From NCBI GenBank assembly GCA_035260845.1, contig DATFUL010000001.1, positions 4,245 through 68,244 of the forward strand: a stretch of 64,000 nt of DNA. Direction: 5' to 3'. The notes beneath the pieces were generated by a model, which was not told where the DNA came from, did no database searches, and was given only the letters and a program-made list of their open reading frames with translations. The translations under genes were made by a program, and so were the position numbers. Shown here in pieces: positions 9,726 to 22,265 of this stretch (within the stretch, counting starts at the first letter, position 1; each line of letters starts with the position of its first letter). The DNA comes from Patescibacteria group bacterium. Its GTDB lineage: Bacteria; Patescibacteriota; Microgenomatia; UBA8517.

Positions 9726-10654
9726 TAGATAAGATTAAATTTCTTAAAGAGGAAAAATCCAGTTCCCATTGAGCCTAAAAGTCCTGCCAATATTAAGATG
9801 TCACTTGAACCTGTCTTAGGTAATACTGGTGGTGCTGTTGCACCCAGTACTACTGGTGGTGCAGTTGGTGTTGGAGTTGGTGTTACTCCGCAGCCGCAAG
9901 ATGAATCATTTTGGCAATTTGGATTCCTGCAGTAACCGTTGTAGCAGAAATAGCCTCCTTGACAGTTATTATTGCTGCCACAGGTTCCATTACACCAATT
10001 CGGCGTAGATGTAGGAGTTGGAGTAACAGTAGGTGTTGGAGTTGGTGTCATGGGAGTAGATGTTGGGGTTACAGTTGGTGTAACTACCGGCGTTGCCGTT
10101 ACTGTAGGAGTAGCAGTAGGGGTAACGGTAGGTGTTGATGTGGGCGTCGTTGTGGGGGTGGCGGTTGGCGTTGTTATTGGAACACAGTGTCCAGTTTGGA
10201 AACGATTGTCACCACAGTATGTTTCAGCAACACATTTACCATGATGCTCGTAACTACAAGGATCGTTAATCATGTTACAACAGCCAATTACTTTTTGATT
10301 CCACTGTACTGGTGCTATTCTTCCTGCACATTGACTAGCTGCACCTTCAAAGCTGAGGACTGTTCCGGTAGGACAACTTCCCCCTTCATTCCCGCCACAG
10401 CCTGCTAAGTGACCAACAGCTTCATAATGATTACCACTACTGTCGGTGGTAACGTTTTCAACTACACAACCTTCGGCAACCTGTCCGGCGCCTACTTCGT
10501 GTACAGTAACATCAGGAACTGGGCCGTCCCAAGCTTTAGGGGCTGAAACGTTTACAACTTTGGACGATAATCTTGAAAGAAGAAGCCCGGCAGCAAAGAA
10601 AGAAGCAATTAAAATAATTATTCCTGCCTGGTAAAAACCACTTTTATATTTCAT
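9725..10654 (-). CDS. LPxTG-anchored Cys-rich surface protein with Thr-Pro repeat linker (sortase substrate)
   Basis: N-terminal signal/TM. Many Cys residues. TPTATPTTTPTSTPTVTPT... repeats. C-terminal sorting signal LPKTG followed by a hydrophobic stretch and a KK tail. Directly upstream of and abutting the sortase gene. Confidence 0.7.
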   Translation of the reverse strand: MKYKSGFYQAGIIILIASFFAAGLLLSRLSSKVVNVSAPKAWDGPVPDVTVHEVGAGQVAEGCVVENVTTDSSGNHYEAVGHLAGCGGNEGGSCPTGTVLSFEGAASQCAGRIAPVQWNQKVIGCCNMINDPCSYEHHGKCVAETYCGDNRFQTGHCVPITTPTATPTTTPTSTPTVTPTATPTVTATPVVTPTVTPTSTPMTPTPTPTVTPTPTSTPNWCNGTCGSNNNCQGGYFCYNGYCRNPNCQNDSSCGCGVTPTPTPTAPPVVLGATAPPVLPKTGSSDILILAGLLGSMGTGFFLFKKFNLI

Positions 10655-11385
10655 TTAACGTTAGGCAGTAACACTTGTGAGAATACCAGACGATAAAAAT
10701 TTGTCAAGAAGATTGGAAGCCACAAAAAAAGCGTATCGTAGCTAAACTTGAGGAGCGGGTAGATTTCCTGCCCTAAAATCCACCCGTCCCTCAAACCTAG
10801 ATGACCAATACGCTTTTTTTGCCCGTAAATCAAAGGGGCTTGACAACTTTCCCCAACCGATCTAGTCTAATTACGATTTGTCTTGAATACGTTAGTCGAT
10901 AAAATTAACCTGTCCACAAGACAAATCGAGTGTGCTAAGTATTTTTACGAATACTTGGTTCAATTTTTAAAAGAGCATTTCTATTCGTGGCGAGTCCCAC
11001 TAATAACTTAGAGGAGAACCCAACGATGGCGATGCTCTTTTTTTTGATTAAATCTTTTAAAATATTCTTCAAAAGATTTAAGAAACCCTTCTAAAATCGC
11101 TCCGTGAGCCGTGTACGAACAGTACCTAAAGGCGAACGGCAAGATCAGAATGGGTAAACCCCCTTTATTTTCAAAGTACAAAAAAATCTTAACACCAGTT
11201 ATGTGGTTTGTCAAACCCCATAATTATAATTTACTCAGATTTACCTATCCCTATAGTGGTTTAACTAGCCACAAATGCCGTATTTTCGGCCAAATAATTT
11301 ACTCAGAAATAAATGTGGATAACTTGGGGAAAATTAAAAAATAAGTAAATAAGCGAATATGTAAATAAAAATAAGGCTGAATTAA

Positions 11386-12705
11386 TTATTTGAAGAGTGA
11401 TTTTATTGCTAAATTTACAAATTTAGCTTCTTTTGAAGTAACAGGGATTGTAAATCCCATTCGTTTGGCTTCCTTTATTCTTTTATCTTGAGCTACAACT
11501 TCCCTAACTTCTCCCAAAAGTCCAACTTCCCCAACTGCTATAACTTTACTTGATATTGGTTTATCAAAATATGCAGAAGCAATGCTCAGACAAATAGCAA
11601 GATCTGTTGCCGGCTCTGTAACTTTTAACCCTCCGGCAACATTTATAAAAACGTCATTGTCGTAAAGCGGTAGTCCACAGCGCCTTGTTAGTACTGCAAG
11701 CAACATTTCCAATCGTCTTGAGTCAATTCCTTGTGCAATTCTCCTTGGAATGGCCAATTTTGTGGGAACAACAAGAGCTTGTATTTCTACAAGGAGAGGC
11801 CGAGTGCCTTGCATTACGCTTGTAACTATGCTTCCCGCAACATTTTTGCTGCTTTTTTCTAAGAAAAGTTTTTCGGCATCGTTAACCGGAAGAATTCCCT
11901 GATCCATCATCTGAAACACGCCAACCTCGTCAGTTGGTCCAAATCTATTTTTTACAGCCCTTAAAATGCGAATGGTGAGGGTTTTATCTCCCTCAAACCA
12001 TAAAACAGTATCGACTATGTGGGCTAGGACCGCAGGCCCCGCTACTGTTCCCTCTTTTGTAACATGGCCAACTAAAAATAGTGGAATATTTTTACTTTTA
12101 CAGGCTTGAATTAACCTAAAAGCACATTCCCTAACTTGTCCAACACTTCCCGCCATGCCAGAAAGGTCACTTGTTGTCATTGTTTGGATGGAATCAACTA
12201 TTACCGCTGAAGGTTGAACAGCTTCCCCCGAAATAGTTTCTATAATATTATCGACATCTGTTTCTTCTAGCAAACCAACTTGTGATTTTTTGATTCCCAG
12301 GCGTTCCGCTCTAACTTTAACTTGATTGACTGACTCTTCCCCACAAACATACAAGACGTTTCCCAAATTACTAGCAAGTTGTGTTAAAAGTGTAGACTTG
12401 CCAATTCCAGGCTCGCCTGCAATTAAAATAGCTTGGCCTTGGACTAAACCGCCACCCAAAACACGATCAAGTTCAGAAATTTTTGTTGAGGTACGAACAG
12501 TTGCTGAAGTCTTTATATCCGACAAACTAACAGGTTTTGCTTGCCCCGCAGAGCCTTGGCGACGTGGGGATGCTTTTGATTTCGAATTTGTCGAAACAAC
12601 TGTTTCGACTAAACTGTTCCAAGTTCCACACTCGGGGCACTTGCCCATCCAACCAGTTGACTCATAGCCGCACTGTTGACAAACATATTTGGAATGAAAA
12701 GCCAT
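11386..12705 (-). CDS. radA: DNA repair protein RadA/Sms
   Basis: N-terminal C4 zinc finger (CQQCGYESTGWMGKCPECGTW). RecA-like Walker A GEPGIGKSTLL. KNRFGPT motif. Lon-like C-terminal domain. Confidence 0.85.
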   Translation of the reverse strand: MAFHSKYVCQQCGYESTGWMGKCPECGTWNSLVETVVSTNSKSKASPRRQGSAGQAKPVSLSDIKTSATVRTSTKISELDRVLGGGLVQGQAILIAGEPGIGKSTLLTQLASNLGNVLYVCGEESVNQVKVRAERLGIKKSQVGLLEETDVDNIIETISGEAVQPSAVIVDSIQTMTTSDLSGMAGSVGQVRECAFRLIQACKSKNIPLFLVGHVTKEGTVAGPAVLAHIVDTVLWFEGDKTLTIRILRAVKNRFGPTDEVGVFQMMDQGILPVNDAEKLFLEKSSKNVAGSIVTSVMQGTRPLLVEIQALVVPTKLAIPRRIAQGIDSRRLEMLLAVLTRRCGLPLYDNDVFINVAGGLKVTEPATDLAICLSIASAYFDKPISSKVIAVGEVGLLGEVREVVAQDKRIKEAKRMGFTIPVTSKEAKFVNLAIKSLFK

Positions 12706-12742
12706 TTGGGGAAATTATACACTTTCTAAAAGAAGTTAAAGG

Positions 12743-13093
12743 CTACATGTTTGACTCACGAGTCTCAATTATTTGATCGAAACCTTTAATATTAAATTCT
12801 TCTTTAATTTTTGCATTCATATCAACAATAACAAGCTTGCCGTTTTTATTTTCAAGGTGATTATGAACTTTCACAACAATATGCCATGCATCAATATCTA
12901 TATGATCCACCAACGACAAATCAAGAACTAAATTATTACTTTCTGTTTTATTTAAAGCTGTTAGCATTCCTTGATCAAAATCATCAAGATAAATTTTGGA
13001 ATATATACTTTGAATATGTGGCTTGTAAAAATTAGCATCAGGAAGCCCCAATGCATTTAGAAGATTTGCTCGATTCCCCTCTGTATCTCTCAT
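12743..13093 (-). CDS. STAS-domain protein (anti-sigma-factor antagonist-like)
   Basis: 116 aa with a SpoIIAA/STAS-like layout (LVLDLSLVDHIDIDAWHIVVKVHNHLENKNGKLVIVDMNAKIKEEF). Confidence 0.45.
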   Translation of the reverse strand: MRDTEGNRANLLNALGLPDANFYKPHIQSIYSKIYLDDFDQGMLTALNKTESNNLVLDLSLVDHIDIDAWHIVVKVHNHLENKNGKLVIVDMNAKIKEEFNIKGFDQIIETRESNM

Positions 13094-13151
13094 ACCTGAA
13101 GGATTGTAGCACCAAAAACTATGTAGTCAAATTATTTAGATAGGCACAGCC

Positions 13152-13670
13152 TCATAACCTGACCAGGTGAGAGCAAAGATCTGTTACCATTAATGTTTTA
13201 TTACCAATATCTTTAATATTAATTGCTGCTAAATTTATACCTTCAGAATTAAGTCTAAACTTCAAAAATATACTTGTTTCTTTTAGTTGACTGTCTAAAT
13301 CCCATATAAATCCACGCTGAGTCATTGGGTCGCCTGGAATATAAGGCATTACACCAACGCACACATCGTGCTCTTCGCACTTGTCTACAGAATCATATAT
13401 GTTGACTTTAAGTTTGAATTCCCCTCGTTTTGCAAAATTGATGGTCCAATTTTCCTGTTCAGCAAGAATTGCCGCTAAATTAGTTATCTCTTTATATTTT
13501 TTTACAAGTTCAAGCTCGTCACCAGAAATTAGTGCCAGCTTGTCATAAACTTTAACCACCTTATCACCGCTTTTATAGACAGTGGAGTCGTTTCCCTGGC
13601 CAACCCTTATTAGCCCTTGCCGGTCGTGACAATGACTAGCTAGATTAGATATTTCTCTTTCCGGTGACAT
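13152..13670 (-). CDS. Hypothetical protein (172 aa)
   Basis: ORF of coding-like composition with no recognised motif. Confidence 0.35.
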   Translation of the reverse strand: MSPEREISNLASHCHDRQGLIRVGQGNDSTVYKSGDKVVKVYDKLALISGDELELVKKYKEITNLAAILAEQENWTINFAKRGEFKLKVNIYDSVDKCEEHDVCVGVMPYIPGDPMTQRGFIWDLDSQLKETSIFLKFRLNSEGINLAAINIKDIGNKTLMVTDLCSHLVRL

Positions 13671-13681
13671 ATTAGAGGAAG

Positions 13682-14770
13682 TTATTTGTACCCAAGTGGG
13701 ATTGTGGTAAGAACTAGGTTAAGAGCAATTCTTTTATCTTTTACATTAACATCCTCGATAACACATTTAACTTCTGACCCCATTACAAGTTTGTGAGTTG
13801 GTGGAATTTTGGTTATATGAATCAAGCCTTCTACTCCAGGTTCAATCTCAACAAATACTCCAAAGTCACTGATCCTAACAATTTTGCCCGTAATTTTGTC
13901 ATCAGCTTTATACTTCTTTTCGACCTCAAGCCATGGATCTTTTAATGCCTGCTTCATAGAAAGTGCAAGCTTACCAACATGAGAGGCTAGTACTTTTACA
14001 GAAACTTTATCGTTAACGGCCAAAACATCTGAAGGGAGATTGACTTTTTTGTAGGAAATTTCGGAAACGTGTACTAATCCTTCTAGACTTGTTTTACCAA
14101 CTGAGATTTTAACGAATGCCCCAAAAGGTGCAACGGTTGTTACAACACCGTCATAAATCTCGCCTTCCTTGATCTTTTTCAAAGCTTCTTTTGCTAGCTT
14201 GATATCCCCTGCTTCTGAGACTTCTTTCTCGGAAAGAACAACTTTCTTATTCATCCTATCTACTTCCATTACCTTAGCTTTAAAGTATTTACCTACCAAA
14301 TTTTGGGCTTCGGAAAGTGCAATCTTGCCCATTTGAGAAGTTGGAATAAATCCTTCGATTCCCATGACGTCCACAACAAACCCAGAAACGTTAACACCTT
14401 TACCCAAAACCGGCACTTCTTCGTTATTGTCCTTAGCTTTTGTAAGTTCAACCCAGCTTATGTCACGAATCGCATCTTTTAAGGCCAAAATAATTGTGCC
14501 ATCGCGTGTTTCTGGAACTAAAACTGTGGCCAAAACTTTGTCCCCCACTTTTAGGGTCTCAATAAACTCTTTAGCATCTGTGTAGGCCTTTTCTTTAACC
14601 AAGCCTTCGGACTTGCCGCCGATATCAAAAGTAACTAATGTTGGGGATTTTGTAAGCACAACTGCATCCACTCTTTGACCTTTTGTAAATATATTTACCT
14701 TGGATTTTGCCATGGCCAAAAGCTCGGCCATTGTTGTAGGCGTTTTAGACGAAGTTGATTTTGCAGCCAC
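13682..14770 (-). CDS. rpsA: Ribosomal protein S1-like protein (multiple S1 RNA-binding domains)
   Basis: Four repeated S1-domain units (for example GQRVDAVVL..., GKGVNVSGFVVDV, GEIYDGVVTTVAPFGAFVKI, GKIVRISDFGVFVEIEPGVEGLIHITKI). Confidence 0.7.
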   Translation of the reverse strand: MAAKSTSSKTPTTMAELLAMAKSKVNIFTKGQRVDAVVLTKSPTLVTFDIGGKSEGLVKEKAYTDAKEFIETLKVGDKVLATVLVPETRDGTIILALKDAIRDISWVELTKAKDNNEEVPVLGKGVNVSGFVVDVMGIEGFIPTSQMGKIALSEAQNLVGKYFKAKVMEVDRMNKKVVLSEKEVSEAGDIKLAKEALKKIKEGEIYDGVVTTVAPFGAFVKISVGKTSLEGLVHVSEISYKKVNLPSDVLAVNDKVSVKVLASHVGKLALSMKQALKDPWLEVEKKYKADDKITGKIVRISDFGVFVEIEPGVEGLIHITKIPPTHKLVMGSEVKCVIEDVNVKDKRIALNLVLTTIPLGYK

Positions 14771-14852
14771 TTTTAGTGTTTCCTTTCATTTTGGTAGGAG
14801 TATTTTACCCCAATCTGCATAAATTGACAAGGAGTGGAAGGAAAGATAAACT

Positions 14853-15386
14853 GTGAGCATGGCCGGAGATGGAACATCGACAGGAATAGATAATGAGAGT
14901 GCTGCATCGCATAATACCCCTCCTTTAGAAACAAACCCACAAATAGAAACCTCTCCTGATAGCACAGAGGCTATTAATAATTTTTTTAATCAGCCTTCCG
15001 AGAGAGATTTTAGTGTTCCACCAGATGTCGAGCAAAAACTTCGTGAGGCAGTTACTAAAAAGTATGCAAATATAACAGTGAATAACAGTGCGATACGTGG
15101 AGAACCTTATCTTACTGACATAAATCTTAAACCAGATTTAATTGAAGCCAAGAAAAGGGATATCTTTGAAAAACTTTTCGATGCGCGTGATCTTACCAAA
15201 TCTCTCCAAACATTCGAGGTAGATCTTCAAATAAGGGAAAACCTTTCAGATTTCATAAAAAATAATTTTAATCTAAGAGACAATCTTGAACCACTTGATT
15301 CAAACGCAAAGCGAAGTATGATGGAAAAGTGGTTGGGTACTCCATCTACACCCTCTAACGAGATACCGAACGAGCCAAAGCAATAA
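14853..15386 (+). CDS. Hypothetical acidic protein (177 aa)
   Basis: ORF only, no recognised motif. One of the few plus-strand genes in this region. Confidence 0.35.
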   Translation: MSMAGDGTSTGIDNESAASHNTPPLETNPQIETSPDSTEAINNFFNQPSERDFSVPPDVEQKLREAVTKKYANITVNNSAIRGEPYLTDINLKPDLIEAKKRDIFEKLFDARDLTKSLQTFEVDLQIRENLSDFIKNNFNLRDNLEPLDSNAKRSMMEKWLGTPSTPSNEIPNEPKQ

Positions 15387-15401
15387 TATCCTTCTGATTT
15401 T

Positions 15402-17207
15402 TTATGCTTTGTCTGACAAAAATCTAGAAGTGTTAAATTCTGTTGCCAGACCATTACTCTTCATTATTTCTACAATCTCCTTAAAAATAGGCTGTGCCTT
15501 GTTTACAAAAGACACATCGTGTTTTCCATACTTCTGAGTCAATAGAGACTCAGCAAAAATTTCAGCTAAAAACTCTTCGCTTGCATCATCCTGTACAAAT
15601 GTCTTAAATCGTTTTTGCAGTGTCTTCATATAATTATTCATAATTGCACCATTCTTTGATTCCGGTTTAAGGCCACAGGCCCGACTGAAATCATCAAATC
15701 GGTACAAAATTGCATGAGAAAAAATTAAGGGAAAAAGAAATTTTTCGCTTTTGTAATTTTCTAAAAAGTCACTATTAATATCATCTGCAGCTTCTAATAA
15801 AAGTGATGCCATAAACTTCGTACCTCCTTTGTACCCGGATATTTCGTTTTTAATCCTATCAACCATTCCTTGTATGCTGTCATCTTTTTCTGATATCTGA
15901 ATTGACTCCGACAAGTCCTCTTTTGTTAAAGCCTTCAAAGCTGTACTAAATTCAGCATAGATATCAACTGCAGATTCGGGCATATGCTGATAGTAATCAC
16001 AAACACTCCTTAAAAAATATCTTGTGACAGAAAACTCGTTGTCCTCATAATCTCCATGATTCCGGCCCTTGGCTCCAAAAATTGTTTTAAGACTAGAAAG
16101 CGGGTCAGCGGACTTTAATATTGAAAGTTCTAAATCTCTTACTTTTAATCTATCCTCAGTTGTAAGATACCCCCTACGGGAACTTATGGAGTGCCAAACT
16201 TCATGGACTATTACATGCAAAATTTCGCGCTCACGGCTTAGGTATTCACTTTTAGTTAGGGTGTTACTTTTCGGATAAAATATATTTGTCTTGTCGTTAT
16301 CTTGGTTTGTTGTTGCCCAGAGGTCGTAATCATAAACTAACTGAAGCTCATTGGTAGCACGATCTATCCCCAAAGTTTGTAATTCATCTCTGATTAGCCC
16401 CGATACTTCATTATCAAAATCCACAATATTTACTTCACGAGGGCGCTCTTTAGATGGACCATTTAGGTTATCCCCAATTGGGGGCTTTAAAGATGTCCCA
16501 CTTATATGTCTATCACCAGAAAAAAGATATGGCTCGAGGCCAAAAGCGTCCTCATAAAAAAGTGAGGATGCAATTGGGTTTGATACTTCGTTACCCAAAA
16601 CCATTCCCCGAATATCATAATTCCATACTGCTAAAATTTCTCTGCGTTTAACTGAATCTTCAAATATGGAATCTCTAAAATTAGATAAGTCTTCATCAAC
16701 ATTAGATTCATTCAATTGTTTAATAAATTCCTGATTTCCTATTTTTTCTCTATATTTCTCAAGAGATAAAAGCATATTGGCGTAAGAAGAGAGTTCGTAA
16801 TAACGCACCATTAGTGATTCGGCAATATTATCCATATTTTCAAGCTTTGCAATACTGCATTCGAGTCCCCTGGTAGCCACATTCAGCATAAGTTCTTTGA
16901 CATTGCCTTGGATTCTGTCTTTATTAAATGGAGCACTGCCTTCACTATCCTTTGTAACAAGTGGATAAACTTCACTATATAAATTAAAAATTTTATCCCC
17001 AACAATATTCACCAACTTTTCACCATCTTTACCCTGCCAAACTGTAGGATCGGATAAAAAGTTATCTTCGCCATAAGCTAGCTTTAATCCCTCATCAATA
17101 GATTGAGCTACCTGAACCGCCTTTGGAGCAAGTACTGTAGCGCCACCAATTAGAGTACCGAGCGCTGCAGCTTTTAAAAAATCACGCCTCGACAGTAATT
17201 TATCCAT
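15402..17207 (-). CDS. Tat-signal secreted protein with HExxH zinc-metallopeptidase-like motif
   Basis: N-terminus MDKLLSRRDFLKAAALGTLIGGATVLAPKA is a twin-arginine (S-R-R-x-F-L-K) signal. Internal HEVWHSIS is an HExxH motif. 601 aa. Confidence 0.55.
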   Translation of the reverse strand: MDKLLSRRDFLKAAALGTLIGGATVLAPKAVQVAQSIDEGLKLAYGEDNFLSDPTVWQGKDGEKLVNIVGDKIFNLYSEVYPLVTKDSEGSAPFNKDRIQGNVKELMLNVATRGLECSIAKLENMDNIAESLMVRYYELSSYANMLLSLEKYREKIGNQEFIKQLNESNVDEDLSNFRDSIFEDSVKRREILAVWNYDIRGMVLGNEVSNPIASSLFYEDAFGLEPYLFSGDRHISGTSLKPPIGDNLNGPSKERPREVNIVDFDNEVSGLIRDELQTLGIDRATNELQLVYDYDLWATTNQDNDKTNIFYPKSNTLTKSEYLSREREILHVIVHEVWHSISSRRGYLTTEDRLKVRDLELSILKSADPLSSLKTIFGAKGRNHGDYEDNEFSVTRYFLRSVCDYYQHMPESAVDIYAEFSTALKALTKEDLSESIQISEKDDSIQGMVDRIKNEISGYKGGTKFMASLLLEAADDINSDFLENYKSEKFLFPLIFSHAILYRFDDFSRACGLKPESKNGAIMNNYMKTLQKRFKTFVQDDASEEFLAEIFAESLLTQKYGKHDVSFVNKAQPIFKEIVEIMKSNGLATEFNTSRFLSDKA

Positions 17208-17414
17208 AATCTATTGTTGCATTAGAAGCTAATTTTTACCACTAAAAAATCCCCCAATTTCTTGGAGGATTAAGTCATAAAGAGATAACGCAAAATTTAT
17301 GATAATAAATTTTGTGAAGTTCACAATAGATTTCAAGAGCCACACAATAAGTTGTGTGAGTGATTGAACCTAGTGCCAAGAATTTTAAAAAATTCTTATT
17401 TTTTTAAGAACACT

Positions 17415-17533
17415 GTTCTGGCGATGAGCTATTTTCGCGGTAGGTTGCCCCACAACTATCGTCACCGCTACAGCGTTTCACTTCTAAGTTCGGAAAGGGA
17501 TTAGGTGGTTCCACTGCGCACTGATCACCAGAA
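17415..17533 (-). rRNA. rrf: 5S ribosomal RNA
   Basis: The reverse complement reads TCTGGTGATCAGTGCGCAGTGGAACCACC...CCGAACTTAGAAGTGAAACGCTGTAGCGGTGACGATAGTTGTGGGG...GCCAGAAC, matching the 5S consensus. Flanked by inverted repeats AGAACACTGTTCTGG / CCAGAACAGTGTTCT. Confidence 0.85.
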
Positions 17534-17596
17534 CAGTGTTCTTAAAGTTTTTTGTTTTATATTAAAAGAGAAAGGTCGCGTCCAGAGTGTGTCTGG

Positions 17597-20910
<3,314 letters not shown>

Positions 20911-21128
20911 GACACCATATTCGCACTGAATATGATCGGGACGCGACCTTCCTCTTCTAATTACACGTCAGAATCGTCTGACGTGACAAAAAAACTTAAA
21001 CTTCACAAAATTTATTATTAATAAATTTTGCGTTATTTCTTTATGTTAATGAGCAATTAGCTCTTGTTTACTTAACAGCTAAAGGACAGCTCCGATCAAA
21101 ATCGGAGCTCGCCTCTACCTACTAAGTG

Positions 21129-21201
21129 TGGACCCAGTGGGGGTCGAACCCACTACCTCGTCATTGCAAATGACGCGTTCAGCCAGTTAAACTTTGGGCC
21201 C
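21129..21201 (-). tRNA. tRNA-Ala (anticodon UGC)
   Basis: Reverse complement GGGCCCAAAGTTTAACTGGCTGAACGCGTCATTTGCAATGACGAGGTAGTGGGTTCGACCCCCACTGGGTCCA. The anticodon loop TTTGCAA gives UGC. G3:U70 and the A73 discriminator (Ala identity elements) are present. The T-loop is GGTTCGA. Confidence 0.85.
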
Positions 21202-21408
21202 AAGTTTAGCTTCCAAAGCCGCTATTTCTACTTTTAGGCTTGCTACATAATCTTGCAAAACTTTGAGCTCGCTACTTGCAAGTTCTCCTGATGCTGATTC
21301 ATGTGCAACTCCCCTAAAATGACTGAGTCTAAATTTTACTTTAGCCTCATATTCAGATAATTTTATTAAAAGTGCTTCCAGTTTTTCCTTGTCAGACAGT
21401 AGTTTCAT
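21187..21408 (-). CDS. Small coiled-coil ORF (73 aa) inside the rRNA spacer; possibly spurious
   Basis: ORF only. It overlaps the 5' end of tRNA-Ala by about 14 nt. A terminator-like hairpin lies just 5' of it on the minus strand. Confidence 0.2.
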   Translation of the reverse strand: MKLLSDKEKLEALLIKLSEYEAKVKFRLSHFRGVAHESASGELASSELKVLQDYVASLKVEIAALEAKLGPKV

Positions 21409-21580
21409 GGCAAAAATAAACCAGCTTTTTGAGCTGGTTAAACTTATTTTGAGGTCAAATCAAGATCAATTACGCACGCAAAATTGCGTTTGTTTTAGTT
21501 GAAATTAGATAAGTTCTCATTAAATAGCTTTGTTCCGACTCAAAGACTAGGGGCAAGTATAGCAAAATCAGATATTAGCG

Positions 21581-21883
21581 TCAAGTAGCTGCGGCAACAG
21601 GATCAATTCTGGTATAAATTACCGGATGATTGGCCAATTTGATCTTAACTGGACCACCTTTTAAAGGATTGTCGGCTCTAGTACAAGGCTCAAGAACTAC
21701 CCTTGCAACCATTGCTGAAGATATGCTTTTTCTATACTTAACTTCCTCATGTCCGGCAATACGTTCGGAGATATCAAAATTTCCTATAACGCGATTTTTA
21801 ATTAGTGGGCAACTTGCAACATAGTCGCAAGTAACTCCAGGTACGCACTCTACACGGACAGAAACATCAAATTCAATAGACAT
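21581..21883 (-). CDS. Hypothetical 100-aa protein encoded between tRNA-Ile and tRNA-Ala on the rRNA strand
   Basis: ORF with balanced composition and several Cys (CVPGVTCDYVASCP). No recognised motif. Confidence 0.35.
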   Translation of the reverse strand: MSIEFDVSVRVECVPGVTCDYVASCPLIKNRVIGNFDISERIAGHEEVKYRKSISSAMVARVVLEPCTRADNPLKGGPVKIKLANHPVIYTRIDPVAAAT

Positions 21884-22069
21884 AGGGGGTTATTATATCA
21901 CAAATCTCCCGATTATGAGGGCTTTTTATCTGATTTCAAAAACAGTCTTTCCCACTTTAAGACCAGGTGATCATGATCGTTGTGGATTGGCTATCTGAAT
22001 TTGGGCATTTTCTGCTACCTTATTAAACGCATTTATAAAATTCTCCTCACCCATTAATAAAGAGAGTTT

Positions 22070-22144
22070 TGGTGGGTGCGCATGGGATCGAACCATGGAC
22101 CTCGTTCTTATCAGGAACGCGCTCTACCACTGAGCCACGCACCC
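22070..22144 (-). tRNA. tRNA-Ile (anticodon GAU), 3' CCA encoded
   Basis: Reverse complement GGGTGCGTGGCTCAGTGGTAGAGCGCGTTCCTGATAAGAACGAGGTCCATGGTTCGATCCCATGCGCACCCACCA. The anticodon loop CTGATAA gives GAU. Confidence 0.85.
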
Positions 22145-22265
22145 AAAACGCAAAGCTATTTTACCATTCATTTGATGAATGGCCAAGATCCTCTCTTACC
22201 ACGAGAAATTTAAATCCACATGTACCGAAAGCCTAGATCTTCAATTTGCTATATAATATTCTTGT

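Noticed and set aside
9911-10634. Plus-strand ORFs with (GV)n / RCR repeats (9911-10138, 9972-10244, 10187-10408, 10446-10634)
   Set aside because: Antisense shadow of the Thr-Pro repeat region of the minus-strand LPxTG protein gene. The repeat keeps reverse frames open.
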